Positions 45,098-54,680 of a DNA stretch of 64,000 bases are shown here, one piece after another. Both the position numbers and the translations under genes were made by a program. Source of the stretch: an uncultured Enterobacteriaceae bacterium (GTDB lineage Bacteria > Desulfobacterota > Binatia > Bin18); the NCBI GenBank assembly GCA_964502465.1, contig CAZCWX010000076.1:16025-80024 (forward strand). Direction: 5' to 3'. Position 1 is the stretch's first letter; every line of letters begins with the position of its first letter. The notes beneath the pieces are model-generated. The model saw only the letters and a list, made by a program, of their open reading frames with translations. It did not search any database and had not been told where the DNA came from.

Positions 45098-46372
45098 TTA
45101 GAATGGAAATTCTGCTGTGGCAAATTGCTCACTGTCGAGGACCAGCACCTTTACAGTCAGGCCTTTGGGCAATAACGGGAGTTCAGCTGGGCCAATGATG
45201 AGTCCTTCTCCCAGGGAGAGAGAACTGAGCACCCCTGAACTCTGGCTGCCAGTCGAGACAACTTCATAGCCCCCGTCTCCCCGGGCCAGTCGACAGCGAA
45301 CAAACTCAGTTAGACCTTTCGCTTTGGGAATATCAGCCCCCACTCGTGCCGCAATCACTGGTAGGAAGAGTTTTATGTGACCCATCATACGGTACAGAGC
45401 CGGGCGGACATACAGATAAAAACACACCAGCGCAGACACTGGGTTTCCTGGCAAACCAAAGTATGGACGCTCGCGGAGCAAACCAAACGTCAGGGGTTTA
45501 CCTGGACGCTGGGCGACTTGCCAAAACAAGCGACGGCTACCTAATTCGTCCATCGCCGCCTTCACGAAATCAAAGTCACCAACCGACACTCCACCAGTCG
45601 AGAGCACAACATCGTGACGGACTGCCTCGGCAAGCGCTGTACGGATTTCACTTTGTGTGTCACGGGCGATTTCCAGAATGACTGGTGCTCCGCCGGCTTC
45701 GCGTACCGCTGCAGCTAAAGTGTAAGCATTTGAATTGACAATCTGGCTAGGATGCAGGGTCTCATCGACTTCTACCAACTCATTGCCAGTGCTGAGAATA
45801 GCCACGCGTGGACGCTGATGCACCAGGACTAAGCTGCGGCCGACCGAAGCAAGTAGCCCTATAGCCGCCGGCCGTATCACACGGCCCTTTTCCAGCACTA
45901 GCTGACCCCGCTGGATATCTTCACCGCTGGCGCGAATATGTGTCCCCACACGCTCTTGGCGGTTGATCCAGACGCGCCCGTCTTCTTCTTCGCTGTCTTC
46001 GACACGGATAACCGTATCAGCCCCATGAGGGATGAGCGCGCCAGTCATAATTTTGCTTGCCGTGCCTGAGGTGACCGCTTGCGTGGGGACACTGCCTGCC
46101 TGGATCACTTCGAGAAGAGTCAGCCCAATCGGTTGCTCGGGGCTGGCACCATGGAGGTCATCCCAACGCACCGCGTACCCGTCCATCGCCGAGTTGGCAA
46201 ACGGAGGTACCTCGCGCTCTGATCGTACTTCTTCGGCGAGTATCCGTCCCACCCCTTGCAATAACCCAATACGTTCTCCAGCTAAGGGAGAAACGGTCTC
46301 CAGAATCATTGCCAATGCATCGTGTACAGCAATCATACCAGTAGAGTAGGCGAACTGAACCTTGATCGTCAA
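45098..46372 (-). CDS. moeA: molybdopterin molybdenumtransferase MoeA
   Basis: Four-domain MoeA layout. SAMDGYAV, TGALIP.GADTV and LSTGGVSVGDFD motifs. Confidence 0.93.
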   Translation of the reverse strand: MTIKVQFAYSTGMIAVHDALAMILETVSPLAGERIGLLQGVGRILAEEVRSEREVPPFANSAMDGYAVRWDDLHGASPEQPIGLTLLEVIQAGSVPTQAVTSGTASKIMTGALIPHGADTVIRVEDSEEEDGRVWINRQERVGTHIRASGEDIQRGQLVLEKGRVIRPAAIGLLASVGRSLVLVHQRPRVAILSTGNELVEVDETLHPSQIVNSNAYTLAAAVREAGGAPVILEIARDTQSEIRTALAEAVRHDVVLSTGGVSVGDFDFVKAAMDELGSRRLFWQVAQRPGKPLTFGLLRERPYFGLPGNPVSALVCFYLYVRPALYRMMGHIKLFLPVIAARVGADIPKAKGLTEFVRCRLARGDGGYEVVSTGSQSSGVLSSLSLGEGLIIGPAELPLLPKGLTVKVLVLDSEQFATAEFPF

Positions 46373-46415
46373 CCGGTCAAGAAGAGAGGCTATCCTTATC
46401 TTCCCTGAGTGAGGA

Positions 46416-46922
46416 CTAATGTTTCTTCTTGTCTAATCGCTCCTGCAGACGCCGGTCTTTCTCTCGTGTCGCTTCAGAAAGCTGTTCTTTATAAGAGATA
46501 AGGCGCGTAAAGAGGTCTGTATCGTGCGTTGCGAGGATCTGCATAGCTAACAGACCAGCATTGCGACCGCCATTAATGGCGACAGTCGCCACTGGTACAC
46601 CGGGAGGCATCTGCACGATCGAGAGTAGGGAATCAAGACCTTTGAGTGCCTTACTTTTGATTGGGACCCCGATGACTGGCAAGGGAGTATGGGCGGCTAC
46701 TACCCCAGCAAGATGGGCGGCGCCCCCGGCGCCAGCAATGAGAACCTTCAGTCCACGTTGATGGGCGTTGCTGGCGTATGCAGTCGTCTCTTGCGGGGTG
46801 CGATGGGCCGAGAACACATGGATATCGTACGCCACGCCAAATTCCTCGCACACCTGTGTGACTTCCTCCATAACCTCAAGGTCTGAGTCACTTCCCATGA
46901 GAATACCAATTTGTGGGTCCAT
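46416..46922 (-). CDS. purE: N5-carboxyaminoimidazole ribonucleotide mutase
   Basis: [16 protein letters not shown] and [13 protein letters not shown] motifs. Confidence 0.95.
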   Translation of the reverse strand: MDPQIGILMGSDSDLEVMEEVTQVCEEFGVAYDIHVFSAHRTPQETTAYASNAHQRGLKVLIAGAGGAAHLAGVVAAHTPLPVIGVPIKSKALKGLDSLLSIVQMPPGVPVATVAINGGRNAGLLAMQILATHDTDLFTRLISYKEQLSEATREKDRRLQERLDKKKH

Positions 46923-46942
46923 ACCGTGTTCTCTCTCCTACA

Positions 46943-48544
46943 TTATGGTTGAGTGATTTGGTGTGTTATCGCTTCAAGGCGGACACCACGTGACCCCTTC
47001 ACTAACAAAAGCTGAGGACCTTGGTAACTGCATATCGTTTCTCGCACCCAAATGACAGCGGCTTCGGCGTTGGCAAAGACACACACGGGAATTCCTGCCT
47101 GTTCCGCCCTGGTCGCGATCAGACGGGCTTCTTCACCAACAGTAATAAGTACATCGGGAGGTGGGGCGAGGGCCACAAGGTACTCGCCGATTTCCTGATG
47201 ACGACTGTGGCTGAGCGTTCCTAGTTCGAGCATGTCTCCCAGCACCAGGATCAAGCGCTCTCCGGCAAGCCGCACCTGGGATGCGGTGAGGAGTGCCTGG
47301 CGCATCGAGGCTGGATTCGCATTATAACAGTCGTCAAGAATTGTCAGACGTTGTGAGGGGATTTCGATGACGGCCATTCTCCGTGGTGCACCATGTGCAG
47401 TTGCGAGCGCCGTACACACCTGCTCGAGTGAAAGTCCACATTCGGTTGCCACTGCGGTTGCAGCCACCGCAGCCAGGGCAAAATGGCTGCCAAGCAACTG
47501 CATCTGGACCCGTCGGTTCTCGGTCGGCGTAGACAACGCAAAACTTGTACCCTGTCGGGAGACCTGGATGTTGGTCACGCAGAACTGATTTGCTAGTCCT
47601 TCTCCGAAAGTGACGATCCGACACGAGGCTACACGCTGGACGGTTGCGAGCAAAGAAGGATCGTCTCCGTTGACGACTGCGATACCATGCTCAGGTAAGG
47701 CAGCGATCAACTCGGTTTCTGCCGCGAGGACTCCGGCAAGGTCTTTGAGCGTTTCCGTGTGCTCTTCAGCAATGGTGGTAATCACTCCGATGTGCGGCTG
47801 AGCAATGGCAGAAAGCAGGGTCAGTTCTCCAACTCCGCTCGTCCCTAATTCGAGCACGAGGACTTCGGCGCGCTCATCCGTCCGTAGCAAGGTGAGTGGG
47901 AGACCGATATGGTTATTCTGGTTTCCTTGGGTGGCCAGTGTCGGCTTTGTGGCGGCGCACACCTGCGCCAAGATCTCTTTGGTCGTTGTCTTGCCGTTAC
48001 TCCCAGCAATACCAATGACCAGAGCACCTAACCGGCTCCGGTGCCATGCTGCAAGGGCTTGCAGTGCCGTGAGCGGGTCATCGACGGCAATCCCAACTGC
48101 GCCAGGTGGCAAAGTCAGGTCTCGGTCTCTGGCAAAGAAGAAACCTGCGGCTCCTTGTTGCACTGCGGTGGCAAGATGGGTATGTCCATCGGTTCTCGCC
48201 CCAGGCAAAGGCACAAAGAGGGCACCAGGGGTAATAGCACGAGAGTCGATAGAAACAGACGTAAAGATCACCTCCTCACGTCCACAGACAAGTGTCCCTC
48301 CCGTAGCAGTGCAAACATCAGCAGCAGTCAGTTTAAGCAAGGTCTCGTCCTCTGCGAAGGAATAATTGCGGAGCGAGAGAGGCTCATTGAGCTGTTTAAC
48401 TCTATCCACTGTCTCACCGACCCGCAAGGTCTCTTGCTTCCTCACCTGCCTTGGCGCGAAACCAATTGTGCACTGCTGATAACTAAAGGCGAGCACGCAT
48501 TGATCCTTTTCGTTGCGCATGCCACCATGACACTGTGACGGCAA
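46943..48544 (-). CDS. murF: UDP-MurNAc-tripeptide--D-Ala-D-Ala ligase
   Basis: IDSRAITPGALFVPLPGARTDGH and GIAGSNGKTTTKE motifs. True start is probably internal (for example GTG 48409), because the ORF-track start overlaps the divergent cca start. Confidence 0.9.
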   Translation of the reverse strand: MPSQCHGGMRNEKDQCVLAFSYQQCTIGFAPRQVRKQETLRVGETVDRVKQLNEPLSLRNYSFAEDETLLKLTAADVCTATGGTLVCGREEVIFTSVSIDSRAITPGALFVPLPGARTDGHTHLATAVQQGAAGFFFARDRDLTLPPGAVGIAVDDPLTALQALAAWHRSRLGALVIGIAGSNGKTTTKEILAQVCAATKPTLATQGNQNNHIGLPLTLLRTDERAEVLVLELGTSGVGELTLLSAIAQPHIGVITTIAEEHTETLKDLAGVLAAETELIAALPEHGIAVVNGDDPSLLATVQRVASCRIVTFGEGLANQFCVTNIQVSRQGTSFALSTPTENRRVQMQLLGSHFALAAVAATAVATECGLSLEQVCTALATAHGAPRRMAVIEIPSQRLTILDDCYNANPASMRQALLTASQVRLAGERLILVLGDMLELGTLSHSRHQEIGEYLVALAPPPDVLITVGEEARLIATRAEQAGIPVCVFANAEAAVIWVRETICSYQGPQLLLVKGSRGVRLEAITHQITQP

Positions 48545-49851
48545 AAGAACTGCACGCTCGGGCTATCGTCCACACCCTACGCGACCGCGGTTTTACCGCT
48601 TACCTGGCTGGTGGATGTGTTCGAGACAAACTTCTCGGTATAGAACCAAAAGATTTCGACGTTGCGACCAGCGCCCGGGCAACGGAGGTACAGGCGTTAT
48701 TCCCCCACACGGTACCGGTGGGGGTGCAGTTTGGTGTTATCCTAGTCATCTGCGATGGTTCTCAAGTCGAAGTAGCAACCTTCCGTTCCGATGGGATCTA
48801 CCGCGATGGTCGCCACCCCAGCAGCGTACAATTCAGCAATGCACATGCGGATGCACTCAGAAGGGATTTTACCATCAATGGCATGTTCTATGATCCGGTG
48901 ACGGAACAGGTGATCGACTACGTCGGTGGCCGCCAAGATCTCGCTCAGCGAGTGGTCCGCGCTATTGGGAATCCCTACGCGCGGTTTGCTGAGGATCGCC
49001 TGCGCATGATCCGCGCCGTACGTCTGGCTGCCAGACTGGGATTTACTATTGCTCCAGATACCTTTGCGGCGATCCGTGCATTAGCCCCAACGATTGTCGA
49101 TATTGCCTGGGAGCGGATCGGCGACGAGATCGTGAAAATCCTTACTGCAGGTGGGAGCAAACGAGCTTTCGCTCTACTCTCCGAGTCTGGACTGCTTCAG
49201 GTTATTCTTCCGGAGATAGAAGCGATGCGCGGCGTTGAGCAATCGCCTGATTTTCATCCTGAAGGCGACGTGTTCGTACACACGCTACTACTCCTCGAAA
49301 AACTCGATCATCCGAGTGAAACCCTTGCTTTGGGGGCACTGTTACACGATGTGGCGAAACCGCTGTGCCGGGCACAGAAAGGAGAAAGAATCACCTTCTA
49401 TGGACATTGCGAAAAAGGTGCGAAGATGGCTGTGGAGATTTGTCAGCGGCTGAAGCGCTCGCGCACGACCTGGGAGCGGGTCGCCTACCTGGTGAAGAAT
49501 CACCTGCGGTTACTCAACGCACCGGAAATGCGTACCGCTACACTGAAGCGCTTCTTGCGGGAGGAGGGCATTGAAGAATTGTTAGAGTTGGCGCGGATTG
49601 ATGCCCTGTCTTCGAGTGGTGACTTGCGTCCCTACGAATTCTGCCGTCGCAAGCTGGCCGAACTCGGCCCTGCGCAAATCGCTCCTCCACACCTGCTCAA
49701 TGGCCGCGATCTGATTACCTTAGGATTTCCTCCAGGACCGCACTTCAAAGATATTCTCGATGCGGTCGAGGAAGCGCAGCTTGAGGGTCGGCTAGTGACG
49801 CGCGAGGATGCCCTCTCGTGGGTTCAAGAAAGATGGAAAAACAAACACTGA
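48535..49851 (+). CDS. cca: CCA-adding enzyme / poly(A) polymerase family with HD domain
   Basis: GGCVRDKLLG..DFDV nucleotidyltransferase head. RDFTINGMFYD. HD motif LLHDVAKP. Confidence 0.9.
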   Translation: MTAKELHARAIVHTLRDRGFTAYLAGGCVRDKLLGIEPKDFDVATSARATEVQALFPHTVPVGVQFGVILVICDGSQVEVATFRSDGIYRDGRHPSSVQFSNAHADALRRDFTINGMFYDPVTEQVIDYVGGRQDLAQRVVRAIGNPYARFAEDRLRMIRAVRLAARLGFTIAPDTFAAIRALAPTIVDIAWERIGDEIVKILTAGGSKRAFALLSESGLLQVILPEIEAMRGVEQSPDFHPEGDVFVHTLLLLEKLDHPSETLALGALLHDVAKPLCRAQKGERITFYGHCEKGAKMAVEICQRLKRSRTTWERVAYLVKNHLRLLNAPEMRTATLKRFLREEGIEELLELARIDALSSSGDLRPYEFCRRKLAELGPAQIAPPHLLNGRDLITLGFPPGPHFKDILDAVEEAQLEGRLVTREDALSWVQERWKNKH

Positions 49852-50004
49852 AGAATCATTCCCCCGTAGAGGTGAGGATACGCTGAGTCTCTGCCACCTC
49901 CAAGAGTATTCAGATGGCCTGTCTCACCTGCGAACGAGGAAGCATAGCAACCATATATGTGATGTTCCCTCGCTTGATAGCTTCGGACATCATGGCCTAT
50001 TCCG

Positions 50005-50154
50005 CTACACCGAGGGGGGCGAAGGTACTTCCGGATTCTCGCTCGCTTCCTGCTTGTTTTCCTTTGCCTGTGAGCGGTTAGCTTGCTTCCAGGTCTTTGG
50101 AGTCAGTATCCGAAGCAGCAGGAGGATGCCGAGCAGACTGAATAGCGTTGTCAT
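50005..50154 (-). CDS. possible 49-aa single-TM small protein downstream of prfC
   Basis: ATG 50154 lies 5 nt after AAGGGGG. The product MTTLFSLLGILLLLRIL... is followed by a charged tail. The rest of the long ORF-track ORF overlaps prfC. Confidence 0.3.
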   Translation of the reverse strand: MTTLFSLLGILLLLRILTPKTWKQANRSQAKENKQEASENPEVPSPPSV

Positions 50155-50215
50155 ATAGCCCCCTTTCGCTGTCATTGAGCATGTTAATAAAATACGGTCC
50201 CTTCTCTGTCTCCGT

Positions 50216-51838
50216 TTATGCTGCCAGGCGTACGGTCTGTGGGGGTTGAATTGCGGCAAGGAAACGGAGGCGGGGATACGCTTCTTGGGCACTCTTGAGT
50301 GCCCAGTCATTCGCGAAGAGTACGAGAGGACGGCGGTCAGTGTCCCACACACAGGTGCTGCGTCCTGCGCGCTCGAAGTCATCGAGATGAGGGATGTCCC
50401 CTGCGATCCAGCGCGCGTACTGATAGGAAAGAGGTTCGAACTCAGCAACGACGCCATATTCAGCCTTGAGACGATGGCGAACGATCTCAAATTGTAGGAT
50501 ACCGACCGCACCAAGAATTGGATCACGTTCGAGTCGCTGCCGATCAAAGAACAGTTGCACTGTCCCTTCCTCGGACAGATGAGCGAGTCCTTTTTGCAAC
50601 TGCTTGCGTTTGAGGGGGTCTGCTAGGCGTACACAGACAAACTGTTCGGGCGAGAAACGTGGAATCCCAGGAAATTCTAGTACAGGCCCCTCACATACTG
50701 TGTCGCCTATGCGCAAGACCCCTGGGTCCCACAGGCCGATGATATCCCCTGAGAAGGCTTCCTCGATCAGGGTGCGATCTTGGGCCAAGAACTGAAACGG
50801 TTTACTCAAGGTGAGCGGGGTTCCGGTGCGCACGTGGCGGACCTTCATGCCTCGGACGAAACGTCCTGAGCAAATGCGGACGAAGGCGACGCGGTCACGA
50901 TGGAAGGGATCCATATTCGCTTGGATTTTAAAGACAAACCCTGCAAACTGCGAAGCAGCAGCGGCGAGCTCACCACTCGACGTCATGCGGGGGCGTGGTG
51001 GTGGCGCGAGTTCCATGAATCGGTCGAGAAAAGGCTCAAGCCCGAAATTGGTCATGGCACTACCGAAGAAGACGGGGGTCACCTCGCCACGGAGGAAACA
51101 GCCAAGATCACACGAAGCTCCTGCCGTGTCGAGCAGTGCCAACTCCTCTCGGAACTGCGCGTACGCGTGCGATCCGATGTCCGTCTGTAAAGTGCGATCC
51201 TCAAGGCTCGTGACCGTCATGGGTACCTTGCGCGTGCCGGCGTCCGCACGTGCGAAGCGAAAGACCTGCTGCGACCAACGGTCATAGACGCCCTGGAAAG
51301 TCTGCCCCGTTCCGATCGGCCAGGTCACTGGACTGCATGGAATACCGAGGACACGTTCGATATCATCAAGGAGTTCGAGCGGGCCCTGCCCGTTCCGGTC
51401 CATCTTATTGATGAAGGTGATAATAGGAATCTGCCGTAGACGACAGACCTGAAAGAGTTTAATCGTTTGTGGTTCGACGCCCTTCACACAATCAATGAGC
51501 ATGACCGCTGCGTCTGCTGCGGCGAGCGTGCGGTATGTATCTTCACTGAAATCGTTGTGCCCAGGCGTATCAAGCAGATTGATATGGCACCCCTGATAGG
51601 TAAACTGCAGCACGCTGGTCGAGATCGAGATGCCCCGCTGACGTTCGATCTCCATCCAATCACTCGAGGTCTGCCGTTCCCCACGGCGTTGTTTCACTGA
51701 ACCAGCGAGATGAATGGCGCCGCCATAGAGTAACAGCTTTTCGGTCAACGTCGTCTTCCCTGCGTCTGGATGAGAGATGATGGCAAAAGTCCGTCGTCGT
51801 GAGACTTCCGTGTATATCCTGTTGAGAATGTCGCTCAT
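50216..51838 (-). CDS. prfC: peptide chain release factor 3
   Basis: AIISHPDAGKTTLTEKLL, DTPGH and NKMD GTPase motifs. 540 aa. Confidence 0.96.
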   Translation of the reverse strand: MSDILNRIYTEVSRRRTFAIISHPDAGKTTLTEKLLLYGGAIHLAGSVKQRRGERQTSSDWMEIERQRGISISTSVLQFTYQGCHINLLDTPGHNDFSEDTYRTLAAADAAVMLIDCVKGVEPQTIKLFQVCRLRQIPIITFINKMDRNGQGPLELLDDIERVLGIPCSPVTWPIGTGQTFQGVYDRWSQQVFRFARADAGTRKVPMTVTSLEDRTLQTDIGSHAYAQFREELALLDTAGASCDLGCFLRGEVTPVFFGSAMTNFGLEPFLDRFMELAPPPRPRMTSSGELAAAASQFAGFVFKIQANMDPFHRDRVAFVRICSGRFVRGMKVRHVRTGTPLTLSKPFQFLAQDRTLIEEAFSGDIIGLWDPGVLRIGDTVCEGPVLEFPGIPRFSPEQFVCVRLADPLKRKQLQKGLAHLSEEGTVQLFFDRQRLERDPILGAVGILQFEIVRHRLKAEYGVVAEFEPLSYQYARWIAGDIPHLDDFERAGRSTCVWDTDRRPLVLFANDWALKSAQEAYPRLRFLAAIQPPQTVRLAA

Positions 51839-51959
51839 GTCTGTTTTTCCGGTTACGCTTTCAACACTGCCAAGTTGCTGGTGCCAAACGCCTCTTTGTC
51901 AGCGCCAGCCAGGTAAGAAAAAAGAAGACTTGCTTTGTCCTCTCGAAAAGTACGCAGTA

Positions 51960-52598
51960 TCAGGGTGGTGTGATCTGCCGCTGCGAAAAAGAGATAAGAA
52001 GAACTTCGGCACGCCGTTTCCCGGTATTTTCCCAGCGGGAAGGTTGGGTCGCGTCGTAGAAGAGACTATCTCCCTCAGCCAGTTCGTACCGCTCCTCGTC
52101 AAGGACCACGGTGACTTTCCCGCGCACGCAGAATGCCAGTTCCTCACCAGTATGAAGCAAGGGAGACTTCCCGCTGCGTCCGCCTGGTTCGAGGCGAATG
52201 AGCACGACAGCAACGCGGTCATCGACACCGGCTGGAAGGAGAGACTGGACGGTCGCCCGAGACCACTCGCTGCGTAAGCTCGCTTGCTCCTTGCGCCGCA
52301 GCACGGGGCCGTTGGTCACCGCTGGTTCACTCAGCAGGTCACTCAACCGTACTCCTAATGCGTGCGTAATCCGGTCGAGGGAAGCAAGAGAGGGTGAAAC
52401 TTGGCCGAGTTCTACCTGCGAGAGGAAACTCGCCGAGAACCCTGTCTGTGTCCCGAGTGCACGTAACGACAGACCACTGTGACGTCGTGCCGCCTTGAGC
52501 TTCGCGCCAAATTGCAGAGGCAATGGGGCACCGTTTCCAGTTGTGCCTGGTGTGCTTTTGTTTTTTCTTTTGTCCAGTATTACTTCACGAGTGTTCAT
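51960..52598 (-). CDS. XRE-family HTH regulator with C-terminal cupin domain
   Basis: HTH LSLRALGTQTGFSASFLSQVELG. Cupin-like H.GEELAFCVRGKV......Y.L..GDS. ATG 52598 chosen. Confidence 0.85.
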   Translation of the reverse strand: MNTREVILDKRKNKSTPGTTGNGAPLPLQFGAKLKAARRHSGLSLRALGTQTGFSASFLSQVELGQVSPSLASLDRITHALGVRLSDLLSEPAVTNGPVLRRKEQASLRSEWSRATVQSLLPAGVDDRVAVVLIRLEPGGRSGKSPLLHTGEELAFCVRGKVTVVLDEERYELAEGDSLFYDATQPSRWENTGKRRAEVLLISFSQRQITPP

Positions 52599-52733
52599 TC
52601 TCAGCGTATGTGTAGCAAAAGGGAGAAGACAATGCAAACAGTGGAGAAGTGCTGCCCGGGTGAGGAAAAAGAACCCGCGCAATACGTCCAAAGGAAGGAC
52701 AGCTCTGCGGTGTGGATTTTCCTCCCATTGGCA

Positions 52734-53147
52734 TCAAGAGCGAGCGTTTTCTAGTGGAAGAGCGAGCTGAAAGCAGGTGCCAGAACCAGGGGTACTATCT
52801 ATGGTGATCTGACCACCATGCATCTCAACCACTGTCTTGGCGATAAAGAGCCCTAACCCGAATCCCTGTCTCTGCTTCCCTGTAGTGGCACGCCAGCCCT
52901 CTTCACGCACGACAGCGGCTTCTGCGGGGATAATCCCTGGTCCTGTAGCTGCTACTGTGATTCCGACCGCTCCAGTATGTCGCGCAGCACTGATCTCAAT
53001 ACGTCCGTGTTCTGGAGTGAACTTGAGGGCATTATGGACGAGGTTACTCACCACTCGCACCAGAGCCGCTCCATCTCCTGCTATTGTGGGCAGTCCGTCC
53101 TGGAGCTGCAGTGTCAGTAGAATGTGACGGCGACGTGCGGGTCCGGG
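52734..53147 (-). pseudogene. histidine-kinase remnant (HATPase_c domain only)
   Basis: The frame is open to 53147 with no HisKA domain. N-box VSNLVHNALKFTP and G-boxes TGPGI...GFGLGLFIAKTVVEMHGG are present. Its 5' end overlaps an oppositely oriented prs fragment. Confidence 0.65.
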
Positions 53148-53335
53148 TCAACGAGGACGTTGAAGGCTATGCCGTCTGGGTGATTGCCGGAACCCAGCCA
53201 CCAGCTGAATACATGCTGCAGCTCCTCTTCTTGCTCGACGCGCTCCAACGCCACGGAGCAAAACTCCATCTGCTGTGCACCTATTTTGCCTATGCGCGCC
53301 AGGAGAACGGGCGCGAGGGTCTCCGTTTCTCATAG
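53120..53335 (+). pseudogene. ribose-phosphate pyrophosphokinase (prs-like) internal fragment
   Basis: DGDVRVRVNEDVEGYAVWVIAGTQPPAEYMLQLLFLLDALQRHGAKLHLLCTYFAYARQE matches residues of roughly 35-100 of Prs. Lacks the N-terminus and stops shortly after YARQE. Confidence 0.6.
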
Positions 53336-53391
53336 CTATGCGTGAGGGGGAAAGCGGCCTGCAGGGGTCTCCGCTCTGGTAGGCTCAAGGG

Positions 53392-53964
53392 TTAGTCCTC
53401 TTCGATCACAATGCCCGCATCACGCAACTGCCGGAGGGCTCTCGCCCCTCCCTCAGCCGTGACAGGTCGTGTGGCTGCCTTGATCACGTGGACCTTAAAT
53501 CCCCCTTGCCGGGCGTCAAGAGCCGAAGCGCACACGCACACGTCTTGAGCGAGACCGCCGATCCATACGCGCTGTACCTCTCTCCGCTTCAGTTCGTCTA
53601 GTAGGCCGGTCTGATCGAAAACAGAATACTGGTCCTGGTCGAACCGCACGCCCTTGGTCACCTTAATCACATGCTGCGGCAGGTGCAGAGCAGGGTGGAA
53701 CGCCGCCCCTTCTGTATCCTGAACGCAGTGCGGAGGCCATGGTCCGCCCTGCGTCTGGAAACTGATGTGGTCCTGTGGGTGCCAATCGCGTGAGGCATAG
53801 ATCGGAATGCCTTTGGCGTCGGCTTCATCAATCCATTCGTTCAGTACAGGGACAACAGCGTCTCCGTCCTCAATCGATAACGCGCCGCCCGGACAGAAAT
53901 CATTCTGCACGTCCACAACGAGCAAAGCATCTCTTGGTTGAAGGACTTCTCTTGGGGGCATCAT
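53392..53964 (-). CDS. pncA: nicotinamidase/pyrazinamidase (isochorismatase family)
   Basis: LLVVDVQNDFCPGGAL, SRDWHP..H, and catalytic Cys context GLAQDVCV. Confidence 0.92.
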   Translation of the reverse strand: MMPPREVLQPRDALLVVDVQNDFCPGGALSIEDGDAVVPVLNEWIDEADAKGIPIYASRDWHPQDHISFQTQGGPWPPHCVQDTEGAAFHPALHLPQHVIKVTKGVRFDQDQYSVFDQTGLLDELKRREVQRVWIGGLAQDVCVCASALDARQGGFKVHVIKAATRPVTAEGGARALRQLRDAGIVIEED

Positions 53965-54281
53965 GATATGCTCTTCTTTCTTAATTCTATTTGTTTATAC
54001 GGTTCCCCGTCTCGCCCTCCACATCTAAGTTCGTGTGAGATTCGCGCTACCCATTTTTGTATGATTATTTCGTCGCTCCACGTGCTACAATATTCAATTA
54101 TAATTTCCCTCCCGATGTCAGTCGAGGCGGGAACCACAACTTTGTCCACGAGAAGATGATTGACGAGGACGCCACCTGCAGTCTGGCCGAAATTCGACAC
54201 GACGCGGTTGCCCCCTCCTATTTCTTTTTTCCCCTCCTGCGGGTCTCTCCAAAATTCATAAAAATTCCACAGAGAAGACAA
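53961..54281 (-). CDS. hypothetical protein in an AT-rich patch
   Basis: 106 aa. The stop overlaps the pncA start (ATGA-type coupling). No recognisable motif. Visibly AT-richer than its surroundings. Confidence 0.4.
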   Translation of the reverse strand: MSSLWNFYEFWRDPQEGKKEIGGGNRVVSNFGQTAGGVLVNHLLVDKVVVPASTDIGREIIIEYCSTWSDEIIIQKWVARISHELRCGGRDGEPYKQIELRKKSIS

Positions 54282-54405
54282 CGATGAGAATGTATCAATC
54301 TTTTTGATACTTCAACGAGGAGAAGTGCGAGGCTCGCTGTCACTTATCCTTTCCCCCACTGGGTGACCTTGAAGTGATGGGCACGTAGGGATGCGCAGGT
54401 GCAGA

Positions 54406-54440
54406 ATGAAGAAAAAGAGCGTCGCTTTTTCTTCATTTTT
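54406..54440. terminator. 12-bp perfect hairpin with T-run (terminator-like)
   Basis: ATGAAGAAAAAG-AGCGTCG-CTTTTTCTTCAT followed by TTTT on the + strand. Lies between minus-strand genes. Confidence 0.5.
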
Positions 54441-54488
54441 GCCAAAGAGAAAAGGTTACAAGCCGTAGGACAAGGCTTTCTTCCTGAC

Positions 54489-54680
54489 TCACTCATGTGG
54501 CACGAGAACAATCGGCTCATCATCCGCCGGCCTTACCGCGAATTCTTTGTCTGTGAGCCGAGCGTAGATCTCGATCAGATGTCCGTCAGGATCAGTGATC
54601 CAGAGTTCGTGGAAAGGCGTGCCGCGCCACGTGGTATGTGGCTGTTTTTCAATGGACCAGTCCGCCTCGACTGGATGTGT
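54489..54680 (-). pseudogene. VOC/glyoxalase-fold C-terminal remnant
   Basis: ...WRGTPFHELWITDPDGHLIEIYARL is a typical last beta-alpha-beta-beta-beta module of a VOC domain. No plausible start. The upstream part of the frame overlaps arsC. Confidence 0.35.

Noticed and set aside
47805-48365. A 186-aa + ORF (and the 165-aa + ORF at 48041-48538) antisense to murF.
   Set aside because: These are Ser/Ala/Pro-rich shadow ORFs, and murF motifs are unambiguous on the other strand.
50155-50547. The long 180-aa version of the minus-strand ORF downstream of and overlapping prfC.
   Set aside because: Its upstream part overlaps the prfC 3' end in another frame. Only the last 49 aa, which have their own SD and ATG, are retained, and with low confidence.
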